64,000 nt of DNA from Paraspadella gotoi (Eukaryota > Animalia > Chaetognatha): NCBI GenBank assembly GCA_051294375.1, contig CM119270.1:21284324-21348323 (forward strand), written 5' to 3'. The notes under the pieces were generated by a model. That model was not told the origin of the DNA. It was given only the letters and a program-made list of their open reading frames with translations, and did no database searches. Position numbers and translations under genes: made by a program. Of this stretch, positions 25,619 to 37,710 are shown in pieces. Position 1 is the first letter of the stretch. Each line of letters begins with the position of its first letter.

Positions 25619-26511
25619 GGACTCAAAAGCTTTTTCGTCAATCCTCAATTTCGCATCGATCTCAAGAGGGCCGACAGAAATACCGACAGAAATACCGACA
25701 GAAATACAGACGGAAATACAGACGGAAATACCGATAGAAATACAGACGGAAATACCGACAGAGATGCCGAGATAAATACCGACAAAAGTGCGGACAAATC
25801 CGACCTCAGGGATGCCGACAAAGACGCCAAAGCATCGGCCGACGGAGACAAAGAAAGGGAGGCCGAGAATGAAGCCGAAAAGAGCGCTCACACAGATACC
25901 GACGCTGATACCGACAAAGGCGTGAAAATCGAAACTTCTAAAGGGAACGCCGGGGATGCCGCCGACCTGGACGGCGTGGAATTCGACGCCGCTGATCCGG
26001 CGTCAAACGGCGCCGCCGAAGCCGATGAGACTCAAGTTGTTTTTGTCTCTTTGATGCAAAAGAACAGAAGAGGAGGAGGAGGAGGAGGAGGAGGATGGAG
26101 GCGGGCGGCGATGTGCATAGGATTCGCGCTTTATGAGGTGACTGTGTTTAATGTTTATAAAGAGTTCTTATAATTTGTATATATTAATGTTAATGATTTC
26201 ATTGATATAGTTTAAATGTCGGCTTCTTGAGACCCGGGGCTCGGGGCATCTCTCTATTGTTTGAGGTTGACCAACGACGAGGACATTCAAACTCATTGTG
26301 TAAAGCTTACATACGGGGATGTAATACTAATAGGGATGTAATAACCATGAAATATAAGCAAACAATAGTTCAATGGCCGGATTCTTCATTTAATTATTCA
26401 ATCTTCCCCCCCCCTCGCTTTGCACCCCAAGGTTTCCCCCAACATCTCCACCACCCCCACCCCCTCTCTTCCCTTTCCTGGATTCGCCCCTTCGGCACAG
26501 ACCTGACATCA

Positions 26512-26542
<31 letters not shown>

Positions 26543-27640
26543 CCGACGTTTGTCGGCTTCCGACGACCACCGACTTCAGTTTCGATCGCGAAGTCGGTCA
26601 AACCTTCGTTTTGCCGACGAAGAGTTTCCTCGTCATTCCCTCGACGTGAGTTGCGTTCGGAAAAGCTTTCTGTATAAATATTCATTCTTCCCGTTTATCA
26701 CTATCATTATCACTATCGCCCTATCAGTATCAACAGAATAAATCAAAATCTTTCTAATTGAGTCCAAAAAAAAAATTTAATCTTCCTGGCTCTTGGGAGA
26801 ATGAATCAAAAAACTTGACCCAACTCTCCAAGAATTAGAAGTAGAAAATTCCAAATAATTTCGATTCTGATCTAAATGATACTAAATGTTCTTTTCTGAA
26901 TTAAACTAATTCTGTCCATCTCTCGGCTAAAAAAAATCTATACTTTCTGTCCTTTTAGTTAAATATATAAAAATATTCTTATCTCTCAATCCCAAAAATT
27001 TAAATCTTCCTGATCCCCAAAAATATCAATTTTTTTGCTAAATAAAAATCTTCTCATTTCTCAGCTGAAAAAATCTTCCCGCTCTTCATCTTAAAATACA
27101 AACTAAAACTTCCCGTTTTTCAACTTATTCAATTCAATTCAATTCAATTCAATTCAATTCAATTCAATTCAGCCTAACCTAAAACTAAATCTAAATCTTC
27201 CCTACTTTCATCAGAAATCAGAATAAATCTAAATCATTCTCCCCCCAACCTCCTTCCAAGCTTCCACGCCGACGACGAGGGCGAATTTCTGCTCCGCGTG
27301 ATGTCGCTCGATTCCAGTCACGTGACTCGACTCGACTCCGACGATGACGTCGACGACGTCGTCTCTCTCGATCTCTTCTCCGCCGCCGACGCCGCAGCGC
27401 CGGATTCAGACGACGTCGCAGCCGACGCCGCCGACGCCGCCGTCCCGGAAATCCTTGACGCCCTCTTCCGGAAACACGCGGGCGAGGATAGAGAGATTGA
27501 CTTTTTCGAGTTGCAGAGAATTTTGAGGGAATTGTTGAAGGAGCAGTTGGGGGAAGAGGAGCCGATTTCGAGGCCCACTTGCGTGTGAGTTTTGTGGGGA
27601 GAGGGAGGGGGAAAGAGAGAGAGGAGAGAGAGAGAGAGAG

Positions 27641-27706
<66 letters not shown>

Positions 27707-29347
27707 GTACAACTGGGTTTTTATGAATCTAAATTTTAAGAATTAAATCGAATTTTTTTTTTCAAAATAATTTTGAAAACTAATGATATTGTTTTGTTTT
27801 CGATATTTTTTTCTTTTAATTTTATTTTCATTTCATATTCGTTATATTGTTATTGATATTCCTATTGTAATCGTTTAATTCACGTTGAAGCCTTTTGTTT
27901 AAATCCTCTCTCTCTTTCTTTCTCCTTCCCGCCGCAGCCAACTGCTCCGCTGCTTCGACGACTCCGGATGCCAACGCCTCCGCCGCGCTGGACTCGACTC
28001 CCTCTGGCGTCGCCTCCGGATCTTCCACGAGGTCTTCAAGGAGGCGGGCGTCGACGACGTGGGATTCATGGAAGCGAGAAGCCTTCGCTTCGCCATGAGA
28101 CGATTGGCTTTGGAAGTCGAAGATGGGTAAGGAGAATGGATTGCATTTACGAACCAATGACTGATGGCTACGAACCAAAGGCAAACACTATGAATTTTTA
28201 AATTAAATTAATCTAATGAAGCAAAACTTTCCCCACAGCGCTTTCGCAAAGCTCGTCCGATTCTTCGCCACCAAAGACGGACTCATCGACTTCGAAGGTT
28301 TTGTTTCTGCCGTCGCCACAGTTTTGATGGCGGAGGCGGAACCGAGTACCAAGCAGGAAATGGAGGCAAAAAGAGCAGAAATTTTGTCGACGGCAGCTGC
28401 GACTGAGACGGTTTTAATGGCGGAAGCTGCAGTCGGCGAAGCAGCGCAGGAAAAAGCGGCGGATGAGACGATGGTTGAAAAGAAGTCGCTCTGCTGTCAA
28501 GTAAAAGCAATGTTTTTGATTTGAAATATACAATTCGAAACATATATAATATATATAAATTATAATCTCTAACAATAAATATAATATTAAATGAATGTGT
28601 AAAATGAATGTGAAAGTATAGGTTAGGGTTAAAGGGGGTTTAGGGTTAGGGGTGATTAAGGTAATTAGGTATTTTTTTTAAATAAATATATTTAAGTAGT
28701 TTTTCAAAAACCGCCGTCGGCGAAAGTAAAATTTAGCCTAAAGTTTTATCAATAAGAAATTGAACTTTGCTTTTACTTATTTTAAATCGACAGGAGTCTT
28801 CAACTAATCAAGACCTGTTCAAGAACACGGCTTCGTCGTCGTCTTCGCCTTTGACATCCGCGGAGATCGCCTTTCGACCGATCGACACTACGGTTAGATT
28901 CGTCGCCGTTGTGCTCGATGAAAACGCGGCGCCGTCATGACACGGGTGATGACACGGAGCGTGACAAAAATGAAGATTTAGAAGGGGGGATGCGTGACAA
29001 AAAGAATGAGTGACATTGGTTATGACAAGGAGTGTGATTAGACATGGATGTGCGAAACGGGTAATGATCGGGGCTTAAGGTTGTTCTTTACAAGGACCAA
29101 GTTCTACGCTACCCTAAAATAGCGCGGGTCGGCGGGATGAGTCCAACACCCTCCACTATCTCAACAGGACGACAGCGAGGACAGCTTCAGCTTCGACAGC
29201 GGCGCAGCCTCAGCGACGGACTCCGGGCGCAGCTCTCCGTCCACCGACCTCCGGATGCGGGACCTTCTCTCACCCAACATCCGGGGATTCTTATACAACT
29301 TGGACTCGTGGGAATCTGTTTATTCGCCGCCGTCGGAGAGATTGTAG
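20780..29347 (+). CDS. Calpain-like protein with CysPc, CBSW/C2-like and penta-EF-hand domains; predicted catalytically inactive
   Basis: Exons: 20780-20929 (LFEDAAFPA..WRRPK); 22404-22578 (RFDAARHRLADAWYLSAISSL..VVPEGQSF..YAG); 23006-23165 ([34 protein letters not shown]); 23313-23496 (LHGCYESLSG..DFTG); 24171-24385 (HAY..IRNPFG..EW); 24953-25246 (EIWIRFQDF); 25528-26137 (NPQFRI..VSLMQKNRR..IGFALYE); ~26432-26645 (DREV..LVIPST); 27261-27584 (EGEFLLRV..AGEDREIDFFEL); 27938-28126; 28239-28500 (DGLIDFEGFV); 28794-28892; 29168-29347. All junctions are GT-AG and phase-compatible except exon 7 to 8. The last two exons are less certain; an alternative stop lies at 28940. Confidence 0.92.
23620..23790 (+). 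repeat. Pentanucleotide microsatellite (TCAAG)n/(TTCAA)n in calpain intron 4
   Basis: Directly visible; a related (TTCAA)n tract lies at 27127-27170. Confidence 0.9.
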
Positions 29348-30061
29348 TCAAGCTTGGTTGGACGTTGACAGTTGGGCGCGCAAAAGCAAGCAGAATGTGA
29401 AAACTGATCAGAGGCCATGGATGGTAAAGCTCAATTTGATTATTTCGAAGTTAACGATAACTTTGTACACGCCTAATTAATCTCCTGTTTTCTTATAAAA
29501 GATTACACGAATCGAAATCCAAGAAACGAGTCTTTTTAATAAAAAAGTTAAAGATCTATTTTCAAGTAATAACATTGTACAAATATGCCAATGGAAACAA
29601 CGGGGTGGCAAGGGATTTTGGATAGAAACCCCTTAATGAAATAAGTTTTTTTTCTCTAAAAGATCGGCATTTTAAAATTGATGTTCAAAAATGTTCAAAT
29701 CTAAATCACGCATTTTCAACGAGTTGAAGAAATCTGTTTAACTTTAAAAAACGAAGGACCGAGATTTTAAAAAATACGAAAAACCGAAACAAGGAATCTG
29801 AATAATTCACAAAACCTTAATTCGTCACAAAATATATATATAAAAAACAACATCTCGGTGAGTTTTTTAAGTCGTAAAAATTGAGCGGAGAATAAAAAAA
29901 ACCAGAGTAATGAAAATCTATAGAGTCGAACTTTGAAAACGAATTGCGACGCATATATTAATATTTGTATCAGGAATAAAAGTTAAAAACTTTAAAAAAT
30001 ATATATATTTCTTGATAAAAAATAATCTGAGGTAAAAAAAAAGTAAAAATGTCTCCAATCG

Positions 30062-32328
30062 TCAAGAGAGTTGAACGTTCGGATCGGGCGAGTGATTCCT
30101 GAGAACTGATGAGGGGGGTTGGGTGGAAGTGGACGAGGCTTGACCTTTGACCCCGTTTCGTTGTTTTGAGAGGAGAATCTTTTGAATGAGGGCGCGATGA
30201 CTTAATTTGGAGGGAGATGGAGAAGCCGACGGCGCCTAAAAAGAAAAGATTATTATCTTGTAAGAGTGATGTAGGCCTTAAACCACCAAAACCTGTCCAA
30301 AGTCAGGGGCAAGATAGCTTATTCCTTAAATAAATGAATAATTTTTATATTTGTTGCAACAATTTCATAAACCTGCTTAAGTTCAACTAGAAATGAAATA
30401 AGTCGAGCTTCTAGGGAAAATAACCCATTAAACTGAAAAGAGCAAAAGTTCTGAATTTGTTTTTATTTCGTCTCCCCACGGAACGCCCCCCCTCCCACCC
30501 TCCTTTAAAGCCAAACCCAGATTGTGTTCAAGTACCGAAGGCAGAGACTCTCGACCCTCGACGGGAGTTTGACCAGTTGACGGAGATATGGAGGTTCTTG
30601 CTGGAGTGGAGGACGAAGGAGTCGAAGGAGACTCGAACCATTTAGACCGAACCTTTCGATTGCAGGGAAAGAAAGAAAATGTAAATATTGTGAAATAATC
30701 ATTACGACGAAAAACATCGGAAACTCGATCGGAAAATGACTCGACCGGAAAACGACTGACCTTTTCGGCAAAAGCCGCGTTTTCGATGTTGAAACCGTTG
30801 ATCAATCCGTCCAAATCTTTCGGGTTAGACTGACATAAAACAAAATTGTTATTTAGTCAAGATTTTCTTTCAAACAATATTAATTATAAAATATTTTAGT
30901 TACTAGTTTGATAAGTCACTTTTCCGATGAAACCGGGTTAATAAAACTACTAAAACTCTTGTTTTTTTTTCACGGACTCGACTTTACTAAGTTACTAAAA
31001 CTCCATACTTTAATTATTCTTTCAAAGAATACAGTACGCTATGGTGAATTCACTTACATTTATAACCACAATCCACTAATTTTCACAGACCTGATGTTTA
31101 ACGCTTTTCGTTCTTCCTTTCCTCGCGATGTCCGCCTTAATCTGTTTCGCTGTCCGTCTTTTCCGTTTCGGCGTTGGAGCGGCGGCGGCGGCGGCGGCGG
31201 AGCTGACTGTCGAGGCTGAAGCGACATCGGAAGACTGGGTGGCGGCGGCAGCGGTGCCGCCGACAGGACGTTTGTGTTGATAGCGCACGTGATTCGCCAA
31301 AATGTAGACGCTACTGAAAGTCGCTCCGCAGAGTTTGCACCTTTTTTGAAGGGACAAACTGTAAATGAATATGTTTTAAGAGAGGAAAATTTTAAATTTT
31401 ACCCGCCTGTTACAGCATGATCCGAAGCTCAGGTACTGCTTATATTGAAGGTTCTGTAATTAATTCATAACAATAATTACTGCCTCTTCAATACGTCACT
31501 TTAAACTAAACACCAAGTGACTAGCCTTAAGCTTAAACTAAGGTAAGCAAAATTTTAAACCAAACCCCACAAACTTTTCTCTAAGTAAACCAACCGTTAT
31601 AAGTCTCGAAATAATTAATATTCAACTTATAATATAAGTTATATCGCACGAAACTTTAAATAAACTCATAAAACCTTGAGGGATCCGTGTCAAGACTTAA
31701 CATCTCATACCAACCTGATTCTCCCAGTCTTTCTCCGATGCATGACTTCGATGTGTCGCTTCAAATTGTCGCTACGAGAATAAAGTTGACCGCAGAATCG
31801 ACAGCACCGCGCCTTTCGAGACGGCAACGGCGCCGCGGGCGCCTCTGCCGTCGTCGATTCCGGCGCGGACTGCGGAGCCGACTCTACGACCGACAAATCC
31901 ACCGACTTCTTGAGCGAGACGTCGGTCGCCAGGAGCCGACAAAGCGGCGCCCCTTTGGGAACCGACGCCACTTTGACGACGGGTTGCGGCGCGCCGGCGT
32001 TGAGAGGCGGGCGTCCGACGGGCCGCTTCATTGGCGGCGTCGTGGAGGAAGCGTCGCCGCGGACGAACTCGGACGGGAGAGACTTGGGTCGTCGAGATCT
32101 TTTGCCCCCGATGGACGGAGATTTGACCAGATGGTGAAGATGCTGTCGTTGCAGTTTTTGCTGCTGTCGGTTGGGTCCGCGCAGTTTGACGGGCGACGGG
32201 TCGAACTTTTCCGGATTCGTCTGCCGTCGCTTCTTTTTGAGTTGCGGCTCCACCCAACCCTCGTGCGGCGCCAACCGGTTGATGGCGCGTTTGAGTGGCG
32301 ACGGAGTCTTGGATGGCGTAGTGGACAT
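30062..32328 (-). CDS. AT-hook plus two C2H2 zinc-finger protein (putative DNA/chromatin-binding factor)
   Basis: Exons: 32328-31715 (AT-hook KRPVGRPP; finger CRFCGQLYSRSDNLKRHIEVMH); 31358-31091 (finger CKLCGATFSSVYILANHVRYQH); 30829-30761; 30652-30536; 30235-30062 (stop TGA). All junctions are GT-AG with matching phases. Further upstream exons (32.5-33.9 kb) are possible but could not be resolved. Confidence 0.82.
30251..30360 (+). mobile_element. Member of a short dispersed repeat family (other copies ~12372-12430, ~43484-43575, ~43643-43710)
   Basis: Shared blocks: TTATTATCTTGTAAGAGTGATG; AGGCCT.AA.CCACC...TGTCC.AAGTCA; TCAGGGGCAA..AGCTTATT; TAATTTTTATATT.GT. Confidence 0.55.
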
Positions 32329-33219
32329 CGTGGGACGCTGGCGCGCGGGTCGACGAGCGGTTTAGACGGGAAGATGAGAGCGTCACGCAGTACCAGGGTA
32401 TGTTATACTTATTTCATAAAAATGATTGGAGTTTCGATCAAGTTTGTGAAATATTGGAATGAATTCAGAAGCGAATCGTGCTAAAGTAAAATATCAACCA
32501 AAACGAGGACGAATAATGAAGGCGAATGACGATGACAAAGACGAAGGCGAATGACGATGACAAAGACGAAGAACAAGGACGAAGAACAAAGACGACGACC
32601 CAGACAACAACAACAACAACAGGTTTGTTTTGGGTTTCAGACTTTGAATCAGGTGGAGGTGGAGGAGGAGGAGGTGGAGGAGGAGAAGGCGGAGAAGGAG
32701 GAGGAGCATTAGAGACGCTCAGAAGAAAAATAAAAAGAGAATCGAACAGAAGAGCAAGAGTTTGAGAGGAGACGACATCTGGAGGGAAAAGATAGAGATG
32801 GCCCATGACCCTGTTCTTTTCTTTTTTATTTCCTTCTTTAATAATAATCTATATTATTATCTTACGAAAAATACGGAACGTATTGCAGAATGACCTTTAT
32901 TTTTAATTCATGATTCTTACAGTTAAAGTATTTTTGGTATAGCTAAGGTTATTCGTCAGCTTTTACTCTTCGATAATACATTTACGAAAGTGCGTAAAGA
33001 GTAATTTAGGAAAAATACTGCTTAGGAAAATATGTATCAACTGAAGAAAACACTCTAGTCAACGGTGAAACTAATCCAAAACTCGACAAAGGAGTTTCAT
33101 TATCACAATCAACTGTGTTTCTCATAAATAAATGAAAGGCCGTCGGTCAAAAGTTCTGCCAAGATTTCATCAACGTTTGCAGACTTTCGCCGAAAACCAT
33201 CGCAAAGATTTCATTATTA

Positions 33220-33253
<34 letters not shown>

Positions 33254-33933
33254 TGGCGAGATTTGGTTTTTGATGAAACACAGAATTGGAATTCGTCTCT
33301 GGTCAAACAAGGAGGAACTGGAGAAGACAACGGTCAGGGAGTACATGCATATTATCTTTTGCAAATAATCAAATTTTAAAAATAAAATAAGGATAATCAA
33401 TTTTGTTTTTAGTATTTGGTTAAATAAATAAATCAGTCTTTCATACATAGCTTCATTTTCAATAACATATTCAATTGTAAATAGATTGTCATGGCGCTAA
33501 TTCTAAAATATAAAAGCTAAATCCATAAAAGAAAGAAAAGAAAAAGCAGACGTTAAAATTAAAAAACCCTGACGATATTCAGAACCAGAGGATCTGATTA
33601 ACAAAGTCCTTTGGCCTTCGTTGATGGACACTCGTATCGCCGAGCGTCGTCGTCGTCGTCGTCGTTGTTGTTTTCGTCGCTTTTATTTCCCTTATTGTCT
33701 TGAGTCTACGATTCAAGTTTAAAGAGAATTACAACAAAATATCAAAGTTTAAAAAGAACAACGTTCGTTTGTAAATGTATTTAAAGAAGGTAGTATATAA
33801 TATTTAACTTAAAGCGGTAGGCGTGGCGAGCGACCATAAAAACCCTCGTACTCGTAATCGACTTGGAGCGTCTTCGTCCTCGTTGTCCAAAAATACGGCG
33901 TCCATCGTAACAAACGACAAACCATCCAACGAG

Positions 33934-33989
<56 letters not shown>

Positions 33990-33991
33990 AG

Positions 33992-34336
33992 ATGGCGTCG
34001 CTTGCGGCCGTCATGAGGCGATTTGATGTTTCCGAAAATTCGTCGGTGGTCGCGAATTTTCAACTGTTTTTTTTTGGCTCCGCAAATTGTTGATGATAGA
34101 AGTTTAGTGCGCGTAAGAATCGTTATGCTTAAAAACGTTAAAAAATTAAGCTGAAATAGTTATTTACAAATCTTTTTGTATGTAGTATTATTCGTTTTCT
34201 TTATATTTATTTTCATAGTTTTTTTTTTTTGGTTGGTTACGCGACCGCGTCAAAAGACGAGGCGATTCGAGATAAAGACGGAAAATGGCTTATCTTTGTT
34301 GATGGCCATTTCGGACAGGCGCCGGTCATTTTCGAC

Positions 34337-34371
<35 letters not shown>

Positions 34372-35168
34372 CGCCGCCCCCGCCGCGCCGCCGCCCCCGC
34401 CGCAGCAATATCTGCGAAGATTGAGACAAGGATTCGCTTTCATGAAGCGACGCGTAAATTCCAGATTTTCGAAAGCGAAAGTTGAGAGTTCGATTCTCCT
34501 GATGTCTGTCTATCTGTCTACTATCTTTCTATCTTTCTATCTCCTATCTTTTGATATAAAAAGAATAGGTATCGTTGAATCATAAGGACGGATATTTATC
34601 ATACTAGAGTTGGTGAGAGTCACGTAACCTTCATGCATTGCATTACATTTATTGCATCATTGATTTCTCGTACTTTTTCTTTCTCATCTTTGCGTCTTTC
34701 TTTAAAGTTTAATCCGCTTTGGTTTTCTTGACCTTTAAGATTCTTTTATTTGTTCTTCTTGTTTTGAACAACAGAAACGACGATGACGACGACGATTTTC
34801 GGCGACAGAGGATAATTCAGAATTCAGTTTTATAACTCGCCGCTTCTGAAAATTAATTTAATTTTGTTCCAACCATTTTTATAAGAGATTGATTTAAATT
34901 ATATTACTAAGACTCATTTCATCCCATTTCTTCGAATATTTAATAAACTCCATAAAATTTTCTAACTCTCAAATGGCTCTACACAATTTCGCGTACTCCT
35001 TCTTATATCCTATCATTTCATATCATATAATATAATTTTATATCATTACATAGTCATCACTTCTTTGCCCTACTTCCCCATCCACCCTGATTCCTCTTCT
35101 CCGAGTCTCGACGTAGGAAGAGAGAAAACGTTCAGTGATTCTAGAGAAGAAAGAAAGAACGTGTCTTG

Positions 35169-35215
<47 letters not shown>

Positions 35216-37638
35216 TGACCATCGTCAGACGGAAAGAAAAAAAAATTAAAAAAACCTCATTCTCGAGCGACTCGAGCCCGTCTCAACGAGACTCAAAGCT
35301 TCTTAGTTACATCCGTCAAACCAGACGAAACTCTTCTCGATTCCGTATGTAATCGGGTCAAAGCGTCAGACGGTCAGTCATTCGTCTTCTCGAGCGTCGC
35401 TTTTTTCGGTGATTTGGGGTCGACGTTGGCGGCGTCGGCGGCGGCGTCGGTCACGCCTAGGGTCGCGTTCTTGCGGCGGCGGCGGCGGCGCTGTGGCCTG
35501 CTGCGCACCAAAGTAGGCGAATTGAACCAAAGTCTATCGTAATTTTTTTTTTCGGTCACATTTTGTTTTGATGTTGATACACGTTTGGTGTTTTTTTTTT
35601 TTTTTTTGCCAAAAAAAAGGGAAAAATAAAAAGAATTAAAGACTCGTCATGCAGCGACGCATTGATATCGTGGAAGGGATAGAGTTTTGGTTTAATTATA
35701 AATAACCCGTCTTTTTATATTATTACAAAGTTTGCATTGAAAATCTTTATTTGGCGTTCCGACAAATCAAATTTTTTTCACCGTTCGCGGGTTCGAGCCT
35801 TGCAAAATTTGTTTCTTTTGTTTTCTTAGTTTTAGTTTAAATTCATCAAATTCTCTCTCCAAATTTTTAGATTTCCTCTCTTCGCCTGGCTCGTTCTCGG
35901 CCCCCACCGCTTGGCCGGTCGGGCACGCCCCCGAGCCGCTTCGGCTGTTGGGTCCTAGACTTTCACCCACGACGGATTCTACCTCAACATTTTCATATAC
36001 AAATCTTAACGAATCTTGAAGAATCTATAGACAAATTTTCAACAAAACTGACCAGTCTTCAAAAATTTTCACAGATCATGACCAATTTAAATAGATCTTA
36101 AATAATTTGAACTGTTTTGACCAATGTAAATAAAACTAAACCAATCTTGACAAATCTCGAGAGATCTTTGACAACGATAATAATACAAATCTGGCAAATC
36201 CTAATAATTCTTGACAAATCTTAACAAATCTAAATAAATCTACCTCGTCATCTTCTTCATCTCCTCTTGCTCCTCTTCCTCCTCTTAATGCGTTGCCCCA
36301 TCTCCTCCTCCTCCTCCTCCTCCTCCTCCTCCACCCCTTCGAATCGGGGCGCCGCCCTCGATTCAAATCGCGGCGTCATTCTCCAAACGGGCGCTCATCA
36401 CCTCAATTCCATGGCGCCGCTAGAAAGTGAGATGGCGCCGTCCGGAAATGAGATGGCGAGCGAAACTGAGACGGCGCCTGTTGGCACCGAGATGGCGCCG
36501 CCTGGAAATGAAATGACTATTTATGAAGCCGAATCTGAGACGGCGCCTGATGGCATCGAGATGGCATCGCGCAAGACCGAAACGGCGCCGCTTTGCACAG
36601 AAATGGCGCGGCCTGGAAATGAGATGGCGAACGAAACTGAGACGGCTCCCGCTGGCAATGTGACGGCGCCGAATAGCAGCGAGATGGCGCCGCCCGAATT
36701 CGCGAACGGCGTCACGTCACCGCGCGACGCGAGCGTCGAATCTTCGTTGACGCCGATGTCGATGATGACGACGACGACGACGATGAAGACGACGACGATG
36801 AAGACGACGCCAGGAACAACGGAGACAAAAAACAAAAGTGACGATGAAGGTAAAATATTAAAACAATGAAAACGTTTTTGAAAAGCAGAAACAGATTCTC
36901 TCATCCTGTTTATTTTCTTTTTGTTTTCTTTGTTTTCTTTTTTCTCGAAACAGAAATGGAAACGGAGACTGACCCTCGAGATTCTTTGACTCACCCGCAA
37001 CGCAGCCTCGACTTTTGCTCCAACGGAATTTCCAACTTTCCCTCATCTTCTCGCGATTCGTCTTCAACTCCTCACCTTTCATCTTCATTCCCTCATCTCA
37101 ACCAATCATCTACTTACCTTTCGAGTTCATCTTCTCAAACCTTCGCTTCGAAAAACGAAAAATCGTCGCGGAATTTCGACCCCGAGAACTCGAACGCCGC
37201 AGCCGACGCCGCAGCCGACGCCGCAGCCGACGCCGCAGCCTCTTCCGCTCCTGCAGCAGCAGCCACCGTCGCCGCCCCTGCAGCCGCTTCCCCCGCAGCT
37301 GCCCACCTTCGAAGCATTCCGACGACCTCGAAGAACCCCTTCGCCTGTGACGCCTCAGCTGCCACCCCCTCCTCAACCACCACCTCCTCCAACAACCCAC
37401 CTTTCCACTCCCACCACCCCTCTTCCCTTTCCACCCACCACACTCACCTCCCGTCCCCCATCTCTTCCGGCGCCGCGCCGTTTTTTCTCGACGCCGGAAT
37501 TTCCTGCTTCGACGACGAGTTTGATTCGTCGGCGCCCTTGCCGACGATGAGACTCGGCGCCACCGGCGCCGGAAGCGCCGGGAACGCCGTGAGGGGGGCG
37601 TGGGGGCATGGGGGGATGAGGCGCCGACGAGGCAGACG
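33992..37638 (+). CDS. Uncharacterised multi-exon gene, largely low-complexity; 3' end unresolved
   Basis: ATG lies in CAAGATGGCG context at 33992. GC-rich exon-like blocks with plus-strand splice sites: 33992-34112, ~34219-34453 (DKDGKWLIFVDGHFG..poly-P), 35229-35512, 35871 onward, up to 36849 (EMAP/ETAP repeats), 36954-37638. The 36849/36954 junction is phase-matched with a strong acceptor, and a GTGAGT donor sits at 37639. Continuity at the 5' end needs indels in T homopolymers. No family recognised. Confidence 0.5.
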
Positions 37639-37663
37639 GTGAGTGGCGTGGGGGAAGGTTTTT

Positions 37664-37710
<47 letters not shown>

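Noticed and set aside
28620-28660. TTAGGG telomeric repeats
   Set aside because: Only two or three imperfect copies inside an intron; not a telomere or a convincing interstitial array.
29137-29400. 87-aa ORF or stand-alone structured ncRNA
   Set aside because: Better explained as a terminal calpain exon in another frame (acceptor 29167, stop 29347); its folding may partly reflect GC-rich coding sequence.
31687-32484. 265-aa plus-strand ORF
   Set aside because: Antisense shadow of the GC-rich zinc-finger exon; domains and splice sites are on the minus strand.
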